Shown here piece after piece: positions 35,013 to 42,390 of a stretch of 42,802 bases of DNA. Origin of the DNA: a virus (lineage: Duplodnaviria; Caudoviricetes); the IMG/VR virus record IMGVR_UViG_3300006851_000002, positions 1 to 42,802 of that record. One strand, written 5' to 3'. The position numbers and the translations under genes were made by a program. Positions within the stretch are counted from its first letter, which is position 1, and each line of letters opens with the position of its first letter. The notes under the pieces are model-generated. The model saw only the letters and a list, made by a program, of their open reading frames with translations. It made no database searches and was not told the origin of the DNA.

Positions 35013-35922
35013 TCTTCGATCCCCTGTATTTCTCAGTTGCCTCAGCGATCAGACGCTGCATCTCAGCCAGCGCGTGCTCGCCCTCGCCGTAGGCGCCCAG
35101 GCTGTACTGCTGCCGGATATAGCCCACGGCCGCTTCCAGCGGCGTCTCAGACTGCACCAGCGCGGCCTTCGCGCCCATCGCCTTCGGCGGCGGCGCCGTC
35201 ACCGCGGCTGCGTCCTTCTCCCGGTACGGTTCATCGTTCCACAGTTCGCCGTTGACGTAGGTGGACCCGTGGGGGATGAACCCCCGTTTCCACTGGTCGT
35301 CCTCGGCTTCCATCCGTCGGACGTGGGCGATGATGTCGTCGGCAATCGCGTCGCAGCCCTTCGCCTTCCACTTCTTCATCGCGTCCGCCCTGCCCTTCTT
35401 CACCGGGTAGGCCGCCCAGAACTCAGGGAACCGAACGGCTGTCTGCTTCGCCTTGTCGCCGGTGATCCGTGCGGCCGGCGCAGCCGGATGCACAAGGGTT
35501 TTTGCTTTTGCTTCTTCTTCTTCTTTCTCTATCTCTTTCTCTAGGTGCGCACCGTGTCCGGCTTTCGTCCGCAGCTTGTCCGCATTGCGTGCGGACATCT
35601 TGCGCCTGGACTCGGACGCCCTGCGCTTCGCCGACGACCCATTGTGTTCCTCGAACCGGGCGATCTGCAGGCCATCTTCCAGCACCACCAGCCAGTCCAC
35701 GTCCACCAGCGCCTGCCCGAACCCGGCGATCCCAGACCGCCGATCCAGCTGGCGCAGGGTCATCGCTGGCATGAAGCCGTCGGTTGAGTGCTGATCGGCC
35801 GCGGTCCAGAGCCAGTACAGCCCGCCGATCACCGCGGCCTCGCAGGTGTCGGTGGCCTCGACCATCGCGCCCACCCGCGGGTCATCCCACAGGTTCACGC
35901 GCATCTTGATCCAGTTCGCCAT
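34999..35922 (-). CDS. Replication initiator (lambda O-like replisome organiser)
   Basis: WIKMRVNLWDDPRV N-terminus, central low-complexity linker, FPEFWAAYP.KKG..AMKKW..FIPHGSTYVNGELW C-terminal domain; internal iterons. Confidence 0.8.
   Translation of the reverse strand: MANWIKMRVNLWDDPRVGAMVEATDTCEAAVIGGLYWLWTAADQHSTDGFMPAMTLRQLDRRSGIAGFGQALVDVDWLVVLEDGLQIARFEEHNGSSAKRRASESRRKMSARNADKLRTKAGHGAHLEKEIEKEEEEAKAKTLVHPAAPAARITGDKAKQTAVRFPEFWAAYPVKKGRADAMKKWKAKGCDAIADDIIAHVRRMEAEDDQWKRGFIPHGSTYVNGELWNDEPYREKDAAAVTAPPPKAMGAKAALVQSETPLEAAVGYIRQQYSLGAYGEGEHALAEMQRLIAEATEKYRGSKNGEA
35493..35600. other. Putative replication origin inside the initiator gene
   Basis: GTCCG(CA) at 35556, 35567, 35578 (11-bp phase), inverted TGCGGAC at 35590, adjacent strand-asymmetric T/C-rich tract 35498-35542. 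Confidence 0.7.
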
Positions 35923-36443
35923 CACTGCCTCCCGGCAAGCGCACGCTCGGCGGACTCGACCAGTTCACGCAGATGGGACCATTCCACGCAGTCGCCGCAC
36001 GGCGGCGCGACATGGCAGGAGCAATCCCGATCCGGAATCTCCGGCATTGCTTCCAGGACGCCCCGCAGCAGTTCTTCCAGCACCGCCTCCCTGGACGGCG
36101 CCGCCGCCGCGCCCACGCGCCGCCATACCGTGATGATCGCGCAATGGACATGGGCCGCCCGCGCCTGCGTGGTGCCTGCGCGCTCAATCCAGCCGGCCTT
36201 CACCGCGCGCTGGAACACGCCACCCCACGCCCGCAGATGCGGCGGCTGGGGAAGCCCCACCCGACCGGCGTAGGCGCGGACATCCTCAGCCGTGAACTCG
36301 CCGACCTCCGGGCTGCGGATATACGCTCGCAGCACTTCCAGCGCCCGGTCGCTCCACCGCGGCAGCTTGGCGTCTGCGTGGTCGATGGCCTGCTTGATCC
36401 CCTGATCGCGCGCAGCGCGCGCCGCGCCCCTGTCGTCACTCAT
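35922..36443 (-). CDS. Hypothetical protein (possible wHTH plus Cys cluster)
   Basis: 173 aa; FTAEDVR..P.HLRAWGGVFQRA..GWI; C-terminal CSCH..PPCGDC. Confidence 0.65.
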   Translation of the reverse strand: MSDDRGAARAARDQGIKQAIDHADAKLPRWSDRALEVLRAYIRSPEVGEFTAEDVRAYAGRVGLPQPPHLRAWGGVFQRAVKAGWIERAGTTQARAAHVHCAIITVWRRVGAAAAPSREAVLEELLRGVLEAMPEIPDRDCSCHVAPPCGDCVEWSHLRELVESAERALAGRQ

Positions 36444-36624
36444 TGGTCGCCGTCTCCCGTTCTTTCGCCGCCTTGATGATCTGCCCGACGCGCTGGCGGG
36501 TCATGCCCAGGTCGGCGGCGATTGCCTCCTGAGTTTCTTTCCACGCCCGACGCACGATTTCCGCATCCCGGCGCCGGCGCGCGGCCAGCATTTCCTGATG
36601 CGGGTTCAGCTTTTTCCTGCTCAC
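36436..36624 (-). CDS. Small HTH transcriptional regulator (Cro-like position)
   Basis: GTG 36624 with AGGAG RBS; TQEAIAADLGMTRQRVGQII helix-turn-helix; first gene of the leftward operon. Confidence 0.75.
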   Translation of the reverse strand: MSRKKLNPHQEMLAARRRRDAEIVRRAWKETQEAIAADLGMTRQRVGQIIKAAKERETATNE

Positions 36625-36655
36625 ACGTTGCTCCTGTTTGTGGTGACGCGACGAC

Positions 36656-36684
36656 ACGGTATCGCGCAATTCCAATTTCCGCAA
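36656..36684 (-). promoter_or_regulatory. Putative leftward sigma70 promoter
   Basis: TTGCGG-17 nt-TACCGT on - strand upstream of the HTH gene. Confidence 0.45.
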
Positions 36685-36689
36685 GGGTG

Positions 36690-36717
36690 TTGACAATGGG
36701 GAAAATCGGAGTAGGAT
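36690..36717 (+). promoter_or_regulatory. Rightward sigma70 early promoter
   Basis: TTGACA-16 nt-TAGGAT in the only divergent intergenic region. Confidence 0.7.
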
Positions 36718-36771
36718 CGCTGGCGTCGGGAAAATCCCGGCCACCACAAACAGCTACGGCCAGAGACAACC

Positions 36772-36969
36772 ATGAAAAAACACCACGACCTCGACAACGG
36801 AATCACCTACGCCGCCATCGACATCTACAACCTGGTGGACGCGCCCGAACTTCGGGCCAGCTACTTTGGCAAGGCCGACGGCCTGACCGTCACGGAACTC
36901 TCCCCGTCCGACCTCACCGACAGCGAGCGCCGCGCGTTCGGCCTGCAGGTGGAAGGCGGTGCCGAATGA
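36772..36969 (+). CDS. Early hypothetical protein
   Basis: 65 aa; first ORF after the promoter; ATGA coupling downstream. Confidence 0.65.
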   Translation: MKKHHDLDNGITYAAIDIYNLVDAPELRASYFGKADGLTVTELSPSDLTDSERRAFGLQVEGGAE

Positions 36970-37145
36970 ACGCTCAGGAGAAGAAGCTGGCGCGGAAGGC
37001 GAAGAAGCTGGCCGACAAGTTTTACGAGGAAGCGCAGGCGCTGTTCGACAGCCCGGACATGACCGATGACCTGTACGACAGCGACGTGATGCAGGCGCTA
37101 CTGGGCGCGCAGGGCTATGCCGACGAAGCGAGGAACGCATCGTGA
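36966..37145 (+). CDS. Early hypothetical protein
   Basis: 59 aa MNAQEKKLARKAKK..; coupled overlaps at both ends. Confidence 0.65.
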   Translation: MNAQEKKLARKAKKLADKFYEEAQALFDSPDMTDDLYDSDVMQALLGAQGYADEARNAS

Positions 37146-37420
37146 GCGCCTACCGTCACCACCCGGCAGCGGGCAAGCGGTACGCGCCCCCGACCATGAA
37201 GCGACCGGCCCTGTACCACGCCCGCATCCAGGCGGCGCACCAGCTGGCATCCGGCTGGACGATGGAGCAGGCGACCGGACGATACAGCGGGTATGGCTGG
37301 CTGCGGTCCTTCGACAAGTCCCCGCGCCGCCCGCTGGCGAAGCTGCGAATGGTCGAGGAAGCGATCAAGTGCGACATCGCCTGCAGGGAAGCGGTGCAGG
37401 CATGGAGGGACGCAGTATGA
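37142..37420 (+). CDS. Early hypothetical protein
   Basis: 92 aa; GTGA/ATGA overlaps. Confidence 0.6.
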   Translation: MSAYRHHPAAGKRYAPPTMKRPALYHARIQAAHQLASGWTMEQATGRYSGYGWLRSFDKSPRRPLAKLRMVEEAIKCDIACREAVQAWRDAV

Positions 37421-37548
37421 ACCGCCGGGCGCGCGCCGCAGGCTGGATTCTGGCTGCCATCGTGGCATTTATCCTCGGAGCATCCGTTGGCCGGACTCCG
37501 TTCCACCACGCTGAATCCCTGCAGGAGGCATCGACATGGCACAAGTAG
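37417..37548 (+). CDS. Small single-TM membrane protein
   Basis: 43 aa MNRRARAAGWILAAIVAFILGASVG..; GGAGG RBS. Confidence 0.55.
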   Translation: MNRRARAAGWILAAIVAFILGASVGRTPFHHAESLQEASTWHK

Positions 37549-37760
37549 CTGCTCGCTGGCCGTCACGCCTGACTGAGCCGGTGTTCCCTCACGACACCCT
37601 GATCCGATACCGCGCGCAGTCGATCCTCACCGAACCCGGTGCGCCGGGTCCGCTGCTCCCCATCGACCAGGCGCGCGACGTAGTGCGCTGGCACGAGCAG
37701 TCGCAGGCAATGCGCCGGCCCAGGGGGATCATCCAGATGATCCGGGACAGGATGACGTGA
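37536..37760 (+). CDS. Early hypothetical protein
   Basis: 74 aa; AGGAGG RBS. Confidence 0.6.
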   Translation: MAQVAARWPSRLTEPVFPHDTLIRYRAQSILTEPGAPGPLLPIDQARDVVRWHEQSQAMRRPRGIIQMIRDRMT

Positions 37761-37936
37761 TGCGCTCGCAGATGGATATTTTCAAAGACCGGAAGCCGAC
37801 GAGGCGGGAGTGGCTGGAAGCCGCCGAATCCGCAAGACGAAACCCATTCGAAACCCCGGACGCTGCAGAACGCCGCGCCCGATACTACGAGCAGCAGGCT
37901 CGCAACCACCACCAAGGATCGAACGATGAACCATGA
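37760..37936 (+). CDS. Early hypothetical protein
   Basis: 58 aa MRSQMDIFKDRKPTRREWLEAA..; TGATG coupling; fills the gap (below the ORF-track length cutoff). Confidence 0.5.
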   Translation: MRSQMDIFKDRKPTRREWLEAAESARRNPFETPDAAERRARYYEQQARNHHQGSNDEP

Positions 37937-39017
37937 AATCGACCCGCAGGACCAGGTGAGCAAGAACGCCCTGACCCTGCAGCAGCACGCGATGCAGGAA
38001 ATCGACGCGGTTGCCGAAGGCATCGCCGCCCTGCGCGAGAAGTACACCGGCGTCGTGTACGACGTTTCCACCACCGCCGGCATGGCCGACGCCAAGGCCG
38101 CCCGGAAGGAAATCAGGCAGGTGCGCTACGACGTGGAGCGCATCCGCAAGGACAAGGGCAGCGAGTTGAAGCGGATTGCCACCGCGATCAATGACCGCGC
38201 CGCCGAAATCACCGCGCCCATCCGGGCGTTGGAGGAACCGATCGACTCGCAGATCAAAGCCGAGGAAGAACGAAAGGAAGCCGAGCGCGCCGAACGCCAG
38301 CGCCAGGAGCAGGAGCGTATCACTGCCATGCAGTCCCGGCTGGACAACCTGCGGAACGCGCCGCTGAACGCCGTGGGCGCCACCGCCGACGAAATCCAGC
38401 AGGCGATGGAGAAGCTGGACGCCGACCAGCTGGAAGGGTTCGATGAAGTGTTCCTGCCCGCCGCGCAGCAGACCCGCGAGGCGTCGCTGGCCGCCCTGCA
38501 GAAGATGCTGGACGAGCGCCGGGCGCTGGACGATCAGGCCGCCGAACTGGAACGCCAGCGGCAGGAGCAGGCCGAGCGCGAGGCCGCCGAGGCCGAGGCC
38601 CGCCGCGCCCAGCAGGAGAAGGAGGACGAGGAACGTCGTGCCCGGCAGGCCGCCGAGGATGCCGAGCGCAAGGCGAAGCAGGAAGCCGAGGACCGGGAGC
38701 GCGCCGAGGCCGAGGCGAAGCTGGCCAAGGAGCGCGAGGAATTGGAAGCAGCCCGCGCCGCTCAGAAGGCCGCAGAGGAAAAAGCCGAACAGGAGCGCCG
38801 TGAAGCCGCCCAGAAGGCCGAGCAGGAGAAAGCGGCACGGGAGCAGGCGGAGGCCGAGGAACGTGAACAGGCGAGGCTGCAGGCCGAACAGGCGGCAATC
38901 GAAGCCGCCACCATCCGGGAGGCAGCCGAGGAAGTGCTGGCCCTTCTGGACGAGAACGGGCTGTCCGGGCACATCGCTGCGCGGAAGCTGACCGCAGCCC
39001 TGGCCCGCGAGTCGTGA
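37926..39017 (+). CDS. Coiled-coil protein (DUF1351-like) of the recombination module
   Basis: 363 aa; YDVSTTAGMADAKAARKEIR..LEEPIDSQIK; long E/A/R/Q coiled coil; upstream of ERF. Confidence 0.65.
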   Translation: MNHEIDPQDQVSKNALTLQQHAMQEIDAVAEGIAALREKYTGVVYDVSTTAGMADAKAARKEIRQVRYDVERIRKDKGSELKRIATAINDRAAEITAPIRALEEPIDSQIKAEEERKEAERAERQRQEQERITAMQSRLDNLRNAPLNAVGATADEIQQAMEKLDADQLEGFDEVFLPAAQQTREASLAALQKMLDERRALDDQAAELERQRQEQAEREAAEAEARRAQQEKEDEERRARQAAEDAERKAKQEAEDRERAEAEAKLAKEREELEAARAAQKAAEEKAEQERREAAQKAEQEKAAREQAEAEEREQARLQAEQAAIEAATIREAAEEVLALLDENGLSGHIAARKLTAALARES

Positions 39018-39049
39018 GCCACCACCCACAGGAACCCCAGGGGAACACC

Positions 39050-39874
39050 ATGAACGAGAACGTTGAACAGGTAGAAGGCGAGGTTCTGGACTCGATGCCC
39101 ACCGCGCAGCAGCACACCGGAACCGCGCTGGCGCAGACCGAGAACCCGTACATGCGGATGGCCGAGAAGGCGCTGACCACCGGCAGCGTCGATCAGCTTG
39201 ATCGTCTGCTGGACCTGCAGATCAAATGGGACGCCGAGCAGGCCCGCCGGGCATACACCGCCGCGATGTCCGCGTTCAAGGCCGAGGCCGGCGACATCAC
39301 CATCACGAAGTCCAAGCACGTCAGCTTCAAGACGACCAAGGGGACGACGGCATACGACCACGCCGAACTGCACGACATCACCCGCGCGCTGGTGCCGATG
39401 CTGGCGAAGCATGGCCTGTCGCACCGGTGGGATGTGTCGCAGACGAAGGACTGGATCACCGTTCGCTGCATCATGTCGCACCGCGACGGCCACAGCGAGC
39501 AGGTGGAGATGGGCGGCCCGCCGGACGACAGCGGTGGCAAGAACACCATCCAGGCCATCGCCAGCACCAAGACCTATCTGGAGCGCTACACCCTGCTGGC
39601 GATCACCGGCGTCGCCACCGGCGGCGAACTGGACAATGATGGCCGGGGTCCGAAGCAGGGCGCGGAGGTGGAGTACCTGTCCGAGGAACAGCAGCAGGTG
39701 CTGAACGACCTGATCGAAGCCTACGTGAATAACGTCGGGAAATTCATGGACTGGGTCGGGTCACAGGCGGGCTACCAGGTGGACACGCTGGCCGACGTTC
39801 CGGCGTCCTGCTACGACCGCATCCACATGCAGCTGGCATCGATCCGCCGTGCGCAGCAGGAGAAGGAATCGTGA
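39050..39874 (+). CDS. erf: ERF-family single-strand annealing recombinase
   Basis: YDHAELHDI, HGLS, H.DGHSE, GGKNTIQAIASTKTYLERYTLLAITGVA..DNDG. Confidence 0.85.
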   Translation: MNENVEQVEGEVLDSMPTAQQHTGTALAQTENPYMRMAEKALTTGSVDQLDRLLDLQIKWDAEQARRAYTAAMSAFKAEAGDITITKSKHVSFKTTKGTTAYDHAELHDITRALVPMLAKHGLSHRWDVSQTKDWITVRCIMSHRDGHSEQVEMGGPPDDSGGKNTIQAIASTKTYLERYTLLAITGVATGGELDNDGRGPKQGAEVEYLSEEQQQVLNDLIEAYVNNVGKFMDWVGSQAGYQVDTLADVPASCYDRIHMQLASIRRAQQEKES

Positions 39875-40128
39875 CGGACGAACTTTCTCCGGAAGAGCGG
39901 GCAAGGGAGATTGTCGAGGCTGCGATCAACGATCCGATGACCGACGACGAAGCGGTAGCCCTTGTCATCCAGCTGCACACGCTGGCCATGGATATGTACA
40001 AGATGGCCCCGCCCGACGACACAGACTTCGGACTTATGATTGTCCGGGCAACGAACATGGTCCCGTACATCGCTGAAAAACTCGGGGTCGAAATCATAAG
40101 GGAGGACGAAGTGCATGGGCGACATTAG
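39871..40128 (+). CDS. Hypothetical protein
   Basis: 85 aa; GTGA overlap, AAGGA RBS. Confidence 0.6.
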   Translation: MTDELSPEERAREIVEAAINDPMTDDEAVALVIQLHTLAMDMYKMAPPDDTDFGLMIVRATNMVPYIAEKLGVEIIREDEVHGRH

Positions 40129-40351
40129 CGAAATGATGCTGGACGGGACGTTGTGCGAGGGCTGCGGCGTCACCATGGCCGGACCCGCGCCCGGCTACCC
40201 GCGCTACTGCAGCCGCCAGTGTCAGCAGGACCGGCGGCAGGAGTACCCATCATCCACCAAGGTCGCCTGCCCCATCTGCAAGAAGCGGGTGAAGCGCAAC
40301 GGCCTGTCCAATCACATGCGCGACGCGCACGGGGGAACGAACGATGCTTGA
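40115..40351 (+). CDS. Zinc-finger protein
   Basis: CEGC..CSRQC and C2H2-like CPIC..HMRDAH. Confidence 0.7.
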   Translation: MGDISEMMLDGTLCEGCGVTMAGPAPGYPRYCSRQCQQDRRQEYPSSTKVACPICKKRVKRNGLSNHMRDAHGGTNDA

Positions 40352-40964
40352 CGAACTGCAGATAATCGAGTGCGAACAGAACTCGGATGCTTGGTACGAA
40401 GCGCGCAGCGGCATCGTGACCGCTTCGGACTTCGCAACCGTTATGGCGTCGGGGCGAGGCGGAAAGCCCAGCGTCACACGCAAGCGCTTGATGGCGACCA
40501 AGGCCGCCGAACTCATCACCGGAGTCGTCACGCCGACCTGGCAGGGAAACGAACACACCGAGCGCGGGCACATCCTGGAGCAGGAAATCCGCGACCTGTA
40601 CGAGGCCACGTCGGACGAACCCGTAGTGCAGGTCGGGTTCATGCGTCGCGGCAGGATCGGGTGCAGCCCGGATGCCCTTGTGGGCGAAAACGGGATGTTC
40701 GAGGCGAAGTCCTGTCTCCCCCACATCCAGATCGAGCGCTTGGAAGCCGGCACGCTCCCAAGCGAGCATGTCGCCCAGGTCCAGGGCCAGATGCTTGTCA
40801 GCGGGCGGGAGTGGGTCGATTACCGAAGCTACAGCCCCGGCCTGCCCCAGCTTCGCCTTCGCGTGTTCCGCGACCTCGCCTATCAGTCCACCCTGATGCA
40901 GGCGCTGCGCCAGTTCAATCGGGAACTGGACGCGCTGGTGGACCGGATCAGGAGCATGTCGTGA
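40344..40964 (+). CDS. YqaJ/lambda-exonuclease family protein
   Basis: EQNSDAWYEARSGIVTASDF, G..LE, GCSPDALV, FEAKS, QVQGQM motifs. Confidence 0.9.
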   Translation: MLDELQIIECEQNSDAWYEARSGIVTASDFATVMASGRGGKPSVTRKRLMATKAAELITGVVTPTWQGNEHTERGHILEQEIRDLYEATSDEPVVQVGFMRRGRIGCSPDALVGENGMFEAKSCLPHIQIERLEAGTLPSEHVAQVQGQMLVSGREWVDYRSYSPGLPQLRLRVFRDLAYQSTLMQALRQFNRELDALVDRIRSMS

Positions 40965-41248
40965 AGTCGGAAGTCGTGGGCGTGGTCGGCCGGCAGACGC
41001 CGACTCGGCTGGCTGAAAACGCCCTGGAAAAGATGGCCGGCAAGAGTGAGACGTTCGGCGTCGGGATCGACTGGCGCGGCCGGGTCACGGTCGGGGGAGC
41101 CGACGACTTCCCGCACGAGGAACTGGTGATGGTCTGCAACCACGCCACCGATCCGGACGACCTGGCCGATGCCATCCGACACGAAACGAAGGAACGCGGC
41201 CCATTCAAACCAGCGTGGGGATACGGTATCTCCCGCGCAGAAACGTAG
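40961..41248 (+). CDS. Hypothetical protein
   Basis: 95 aa from GTG 40961 (AGGAG RBS, GTGA overlap). Confidence 0.6.
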   Translation: MKSEVVGVVGRQTPTRLAENALEKMAGKSETFGVGIDWRGRVTVGGADDFPHEELVMVCNHATDPDDLADAIRHETKERGPFKPAWGYGISRAET

Positions 41249-41256
41249 GAACCACC

Positions 41257-41673
41257 ATGAGCATCGAAAACCACGTCTCGCTGATCGGAAATCTCGGCGG
41301 CGACCCGGAAACGCGCTACACCCAGGGCGGCACCGCCGTCACCAAGTTCTCCCTCGCCACCACGTCCACGCGGAAGGACCGCGAGGGGAACAGGGTCGAA
41401 TCGACTGAATGGCACCGCTGCGTATGCTTCGGCAAGCTGGCGGAAATCGCAGGGGAGTACCTGCGGAAGGGGTCAAAGGTCACGGTCCAGGGCACCATCC
41501 GATACGGGAAATACGACGACAAGGATGGCGTGACTCGCTACACCACCGACATCGTGTTCGATCAGATGAAGATGCTGGACCCGCCGCGCCATGGGGAGCA
41601 GGATGCTCGGGGCAACAACCCGACACGCGACCAGGCGCCGGACTTCGACGACGACATCGACCTTCCGTTCTGA
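41257..41673 (+). CDS. ssb: Single-stranded DNA-binding protein
   Basis: NHVSLIGNLGGDPETRYT, TEWHRCV.FGKLAE..YLRKGS, acidic tail DFDDDIDLPF. Confidence 0.95.
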   Translation: MSIENHVSLIGNLGGDPETRYTQGGTAVTKFSLATTSTRKDREGNRVESTEWHRCVCFGKLAEIAGEYLRKGSKVTVQGTIRYGKYDDKDGVTRYTTDIVFDQMKMLDPPRHGEQDARGNNPTRDQAPDFDDDIDLPF

Positions 41674-41677
41674 CTAC

Positions 41678-41828
41678 GGGGCGGAATGCGCAGGCTGATG
41701 CGCGCTGCTGGCAAGTCGGGTAACGCTAACCCCCGCTGCCGCAAGGCTTAGTGCGGGAACCGGGTTGTGTAGACGGCCGTCGGGCTGCCCTTCAAAGAAG
41801 CCGGAGATCAGCACCGGCCCGCCCCACC
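41678..41828 (+). ncRNA. Candidate tRNA-shaped structured ncRNA with loop-loop pseudoknot
   Basis: 7-bp GGGGCGG/CCGCCCC closing stem plus ACC, stacked on a 5-bp GCCGG/CCGGC arm; GCGCA/TGCGC arm; complementary GCTGAT/ATCAGC; internal GCC-GCAA-GGC tetraloop. Confidence 0.7.
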
Positions 41829-41859
41829 CTACACCCACGGCCAAAGGAGGCCATGCACC

Positions 41860-42114
41860 ATGAGCAACGACGACACCACCGCCGCGCCGCAGAACCCGAT
41901 GCAGGACAGCATCCGCGGCTACCGAAAGTTCGACCAGTCCACCAGCAACTTCATCAACGACGTGAAGGCTGCCGGCGATCACATCGAAGCGCTGCTGAAT
42001 GCCGCGCAGAGCGTGGACGCCGATCAGTTCATGGTCGGCTTGGCGAGAACCAAATTCCAGGAAGGCGCCATGTGGCTGATCCGCGCAGCGGCGAAGCCGG
42101 ACGGCCTATTCTGA
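41860..42114 (+). CDS. acb2: Acb2-family anti-CBASS cyclic oligonucleotide sponge
   Basis: 84 aa; IRGYRKF....INDVK..G and LARTKFQEGAMWLIRAAAKP resemble the Acb2 pattern I.GYR.L..MN.VK..G / .T..Q.G.M..IRA.A.P. Confidence 0.8.
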   Translation: MSNDDTTAAPQNPMQDSIRGYRKFDQSTSNFINDVKAAGDHIEALLNAAQSVDADQFMVGLARTKFQEGAMWLIRAAAKPDGLF

Positions 42115-42161
42115 CCACCGCGGCGCCGCCGGCATGGGGCGCCGCCCACCGAGGGGACACC

Positions 42162-42359
42162 ATGACGCGAGACAGATGGATGCGCGAGTGCGCGCAGCGG
42201 CTGATCGACAGGGGCGGGTTGGACGAGGGGACTGCAGCGGCATGTGCCGTCGAGTGCGCCCGGAACCAGAAGGAAATGAATGGGCGAAACCCGGCGAAGT
42301 GGTACAAGCCGGAGGAAGCAGCAGACGAGGAAATGTCCTACTGGACCGATGATGCGTAG
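42162..42359 (+). CDS. Hypothetical protein
   Basis: 65 aa from ATG 42162 with GAGGGG RBS; C-terminal PEEAADEEMSYW. Confidence 0.7.
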   Translation: MTRDRWMRECAQRLIDRGGLDEGTAAACAVECARNQKEMNGRNPAKWYKPEEAADEEMSYWTDDA

Positions 42360-42360
42360 C

Positions 42361-42390
42361 AAGAAGGCCGGGGGAACCCGGCCTTTTTCA
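42361..42390. terminator. Bidirectional intrinsic terminator between the convergent arms
   Basis: AAGGCCGGG-GGAA-CCCGGCCTT with a T tract on + and AAGAA on the other side. Confidence 0.85.

Noticed and set aside
38480-38920. Repetitive GCCGAG/CAGG-rich DNA as a repeat element
   Set aside because: Explained by low-complexity E/A/R/Q coiled-coil coding
41718-41732. Structured RNA as an amber suppressor tRNA for the tail adaptor TAG
   Set aside because: The GGGT-AACGCTA-ACCC hairpin has CTA off-centre and no U33, and the RNA lacks TTCRA; not a credible decoding tRNA
2510-42359. Genome-wide TAG reassignment
   Set aside because: Only one internal TAG was seen, and several genes end at TAG with the next gene or intergenic signals following
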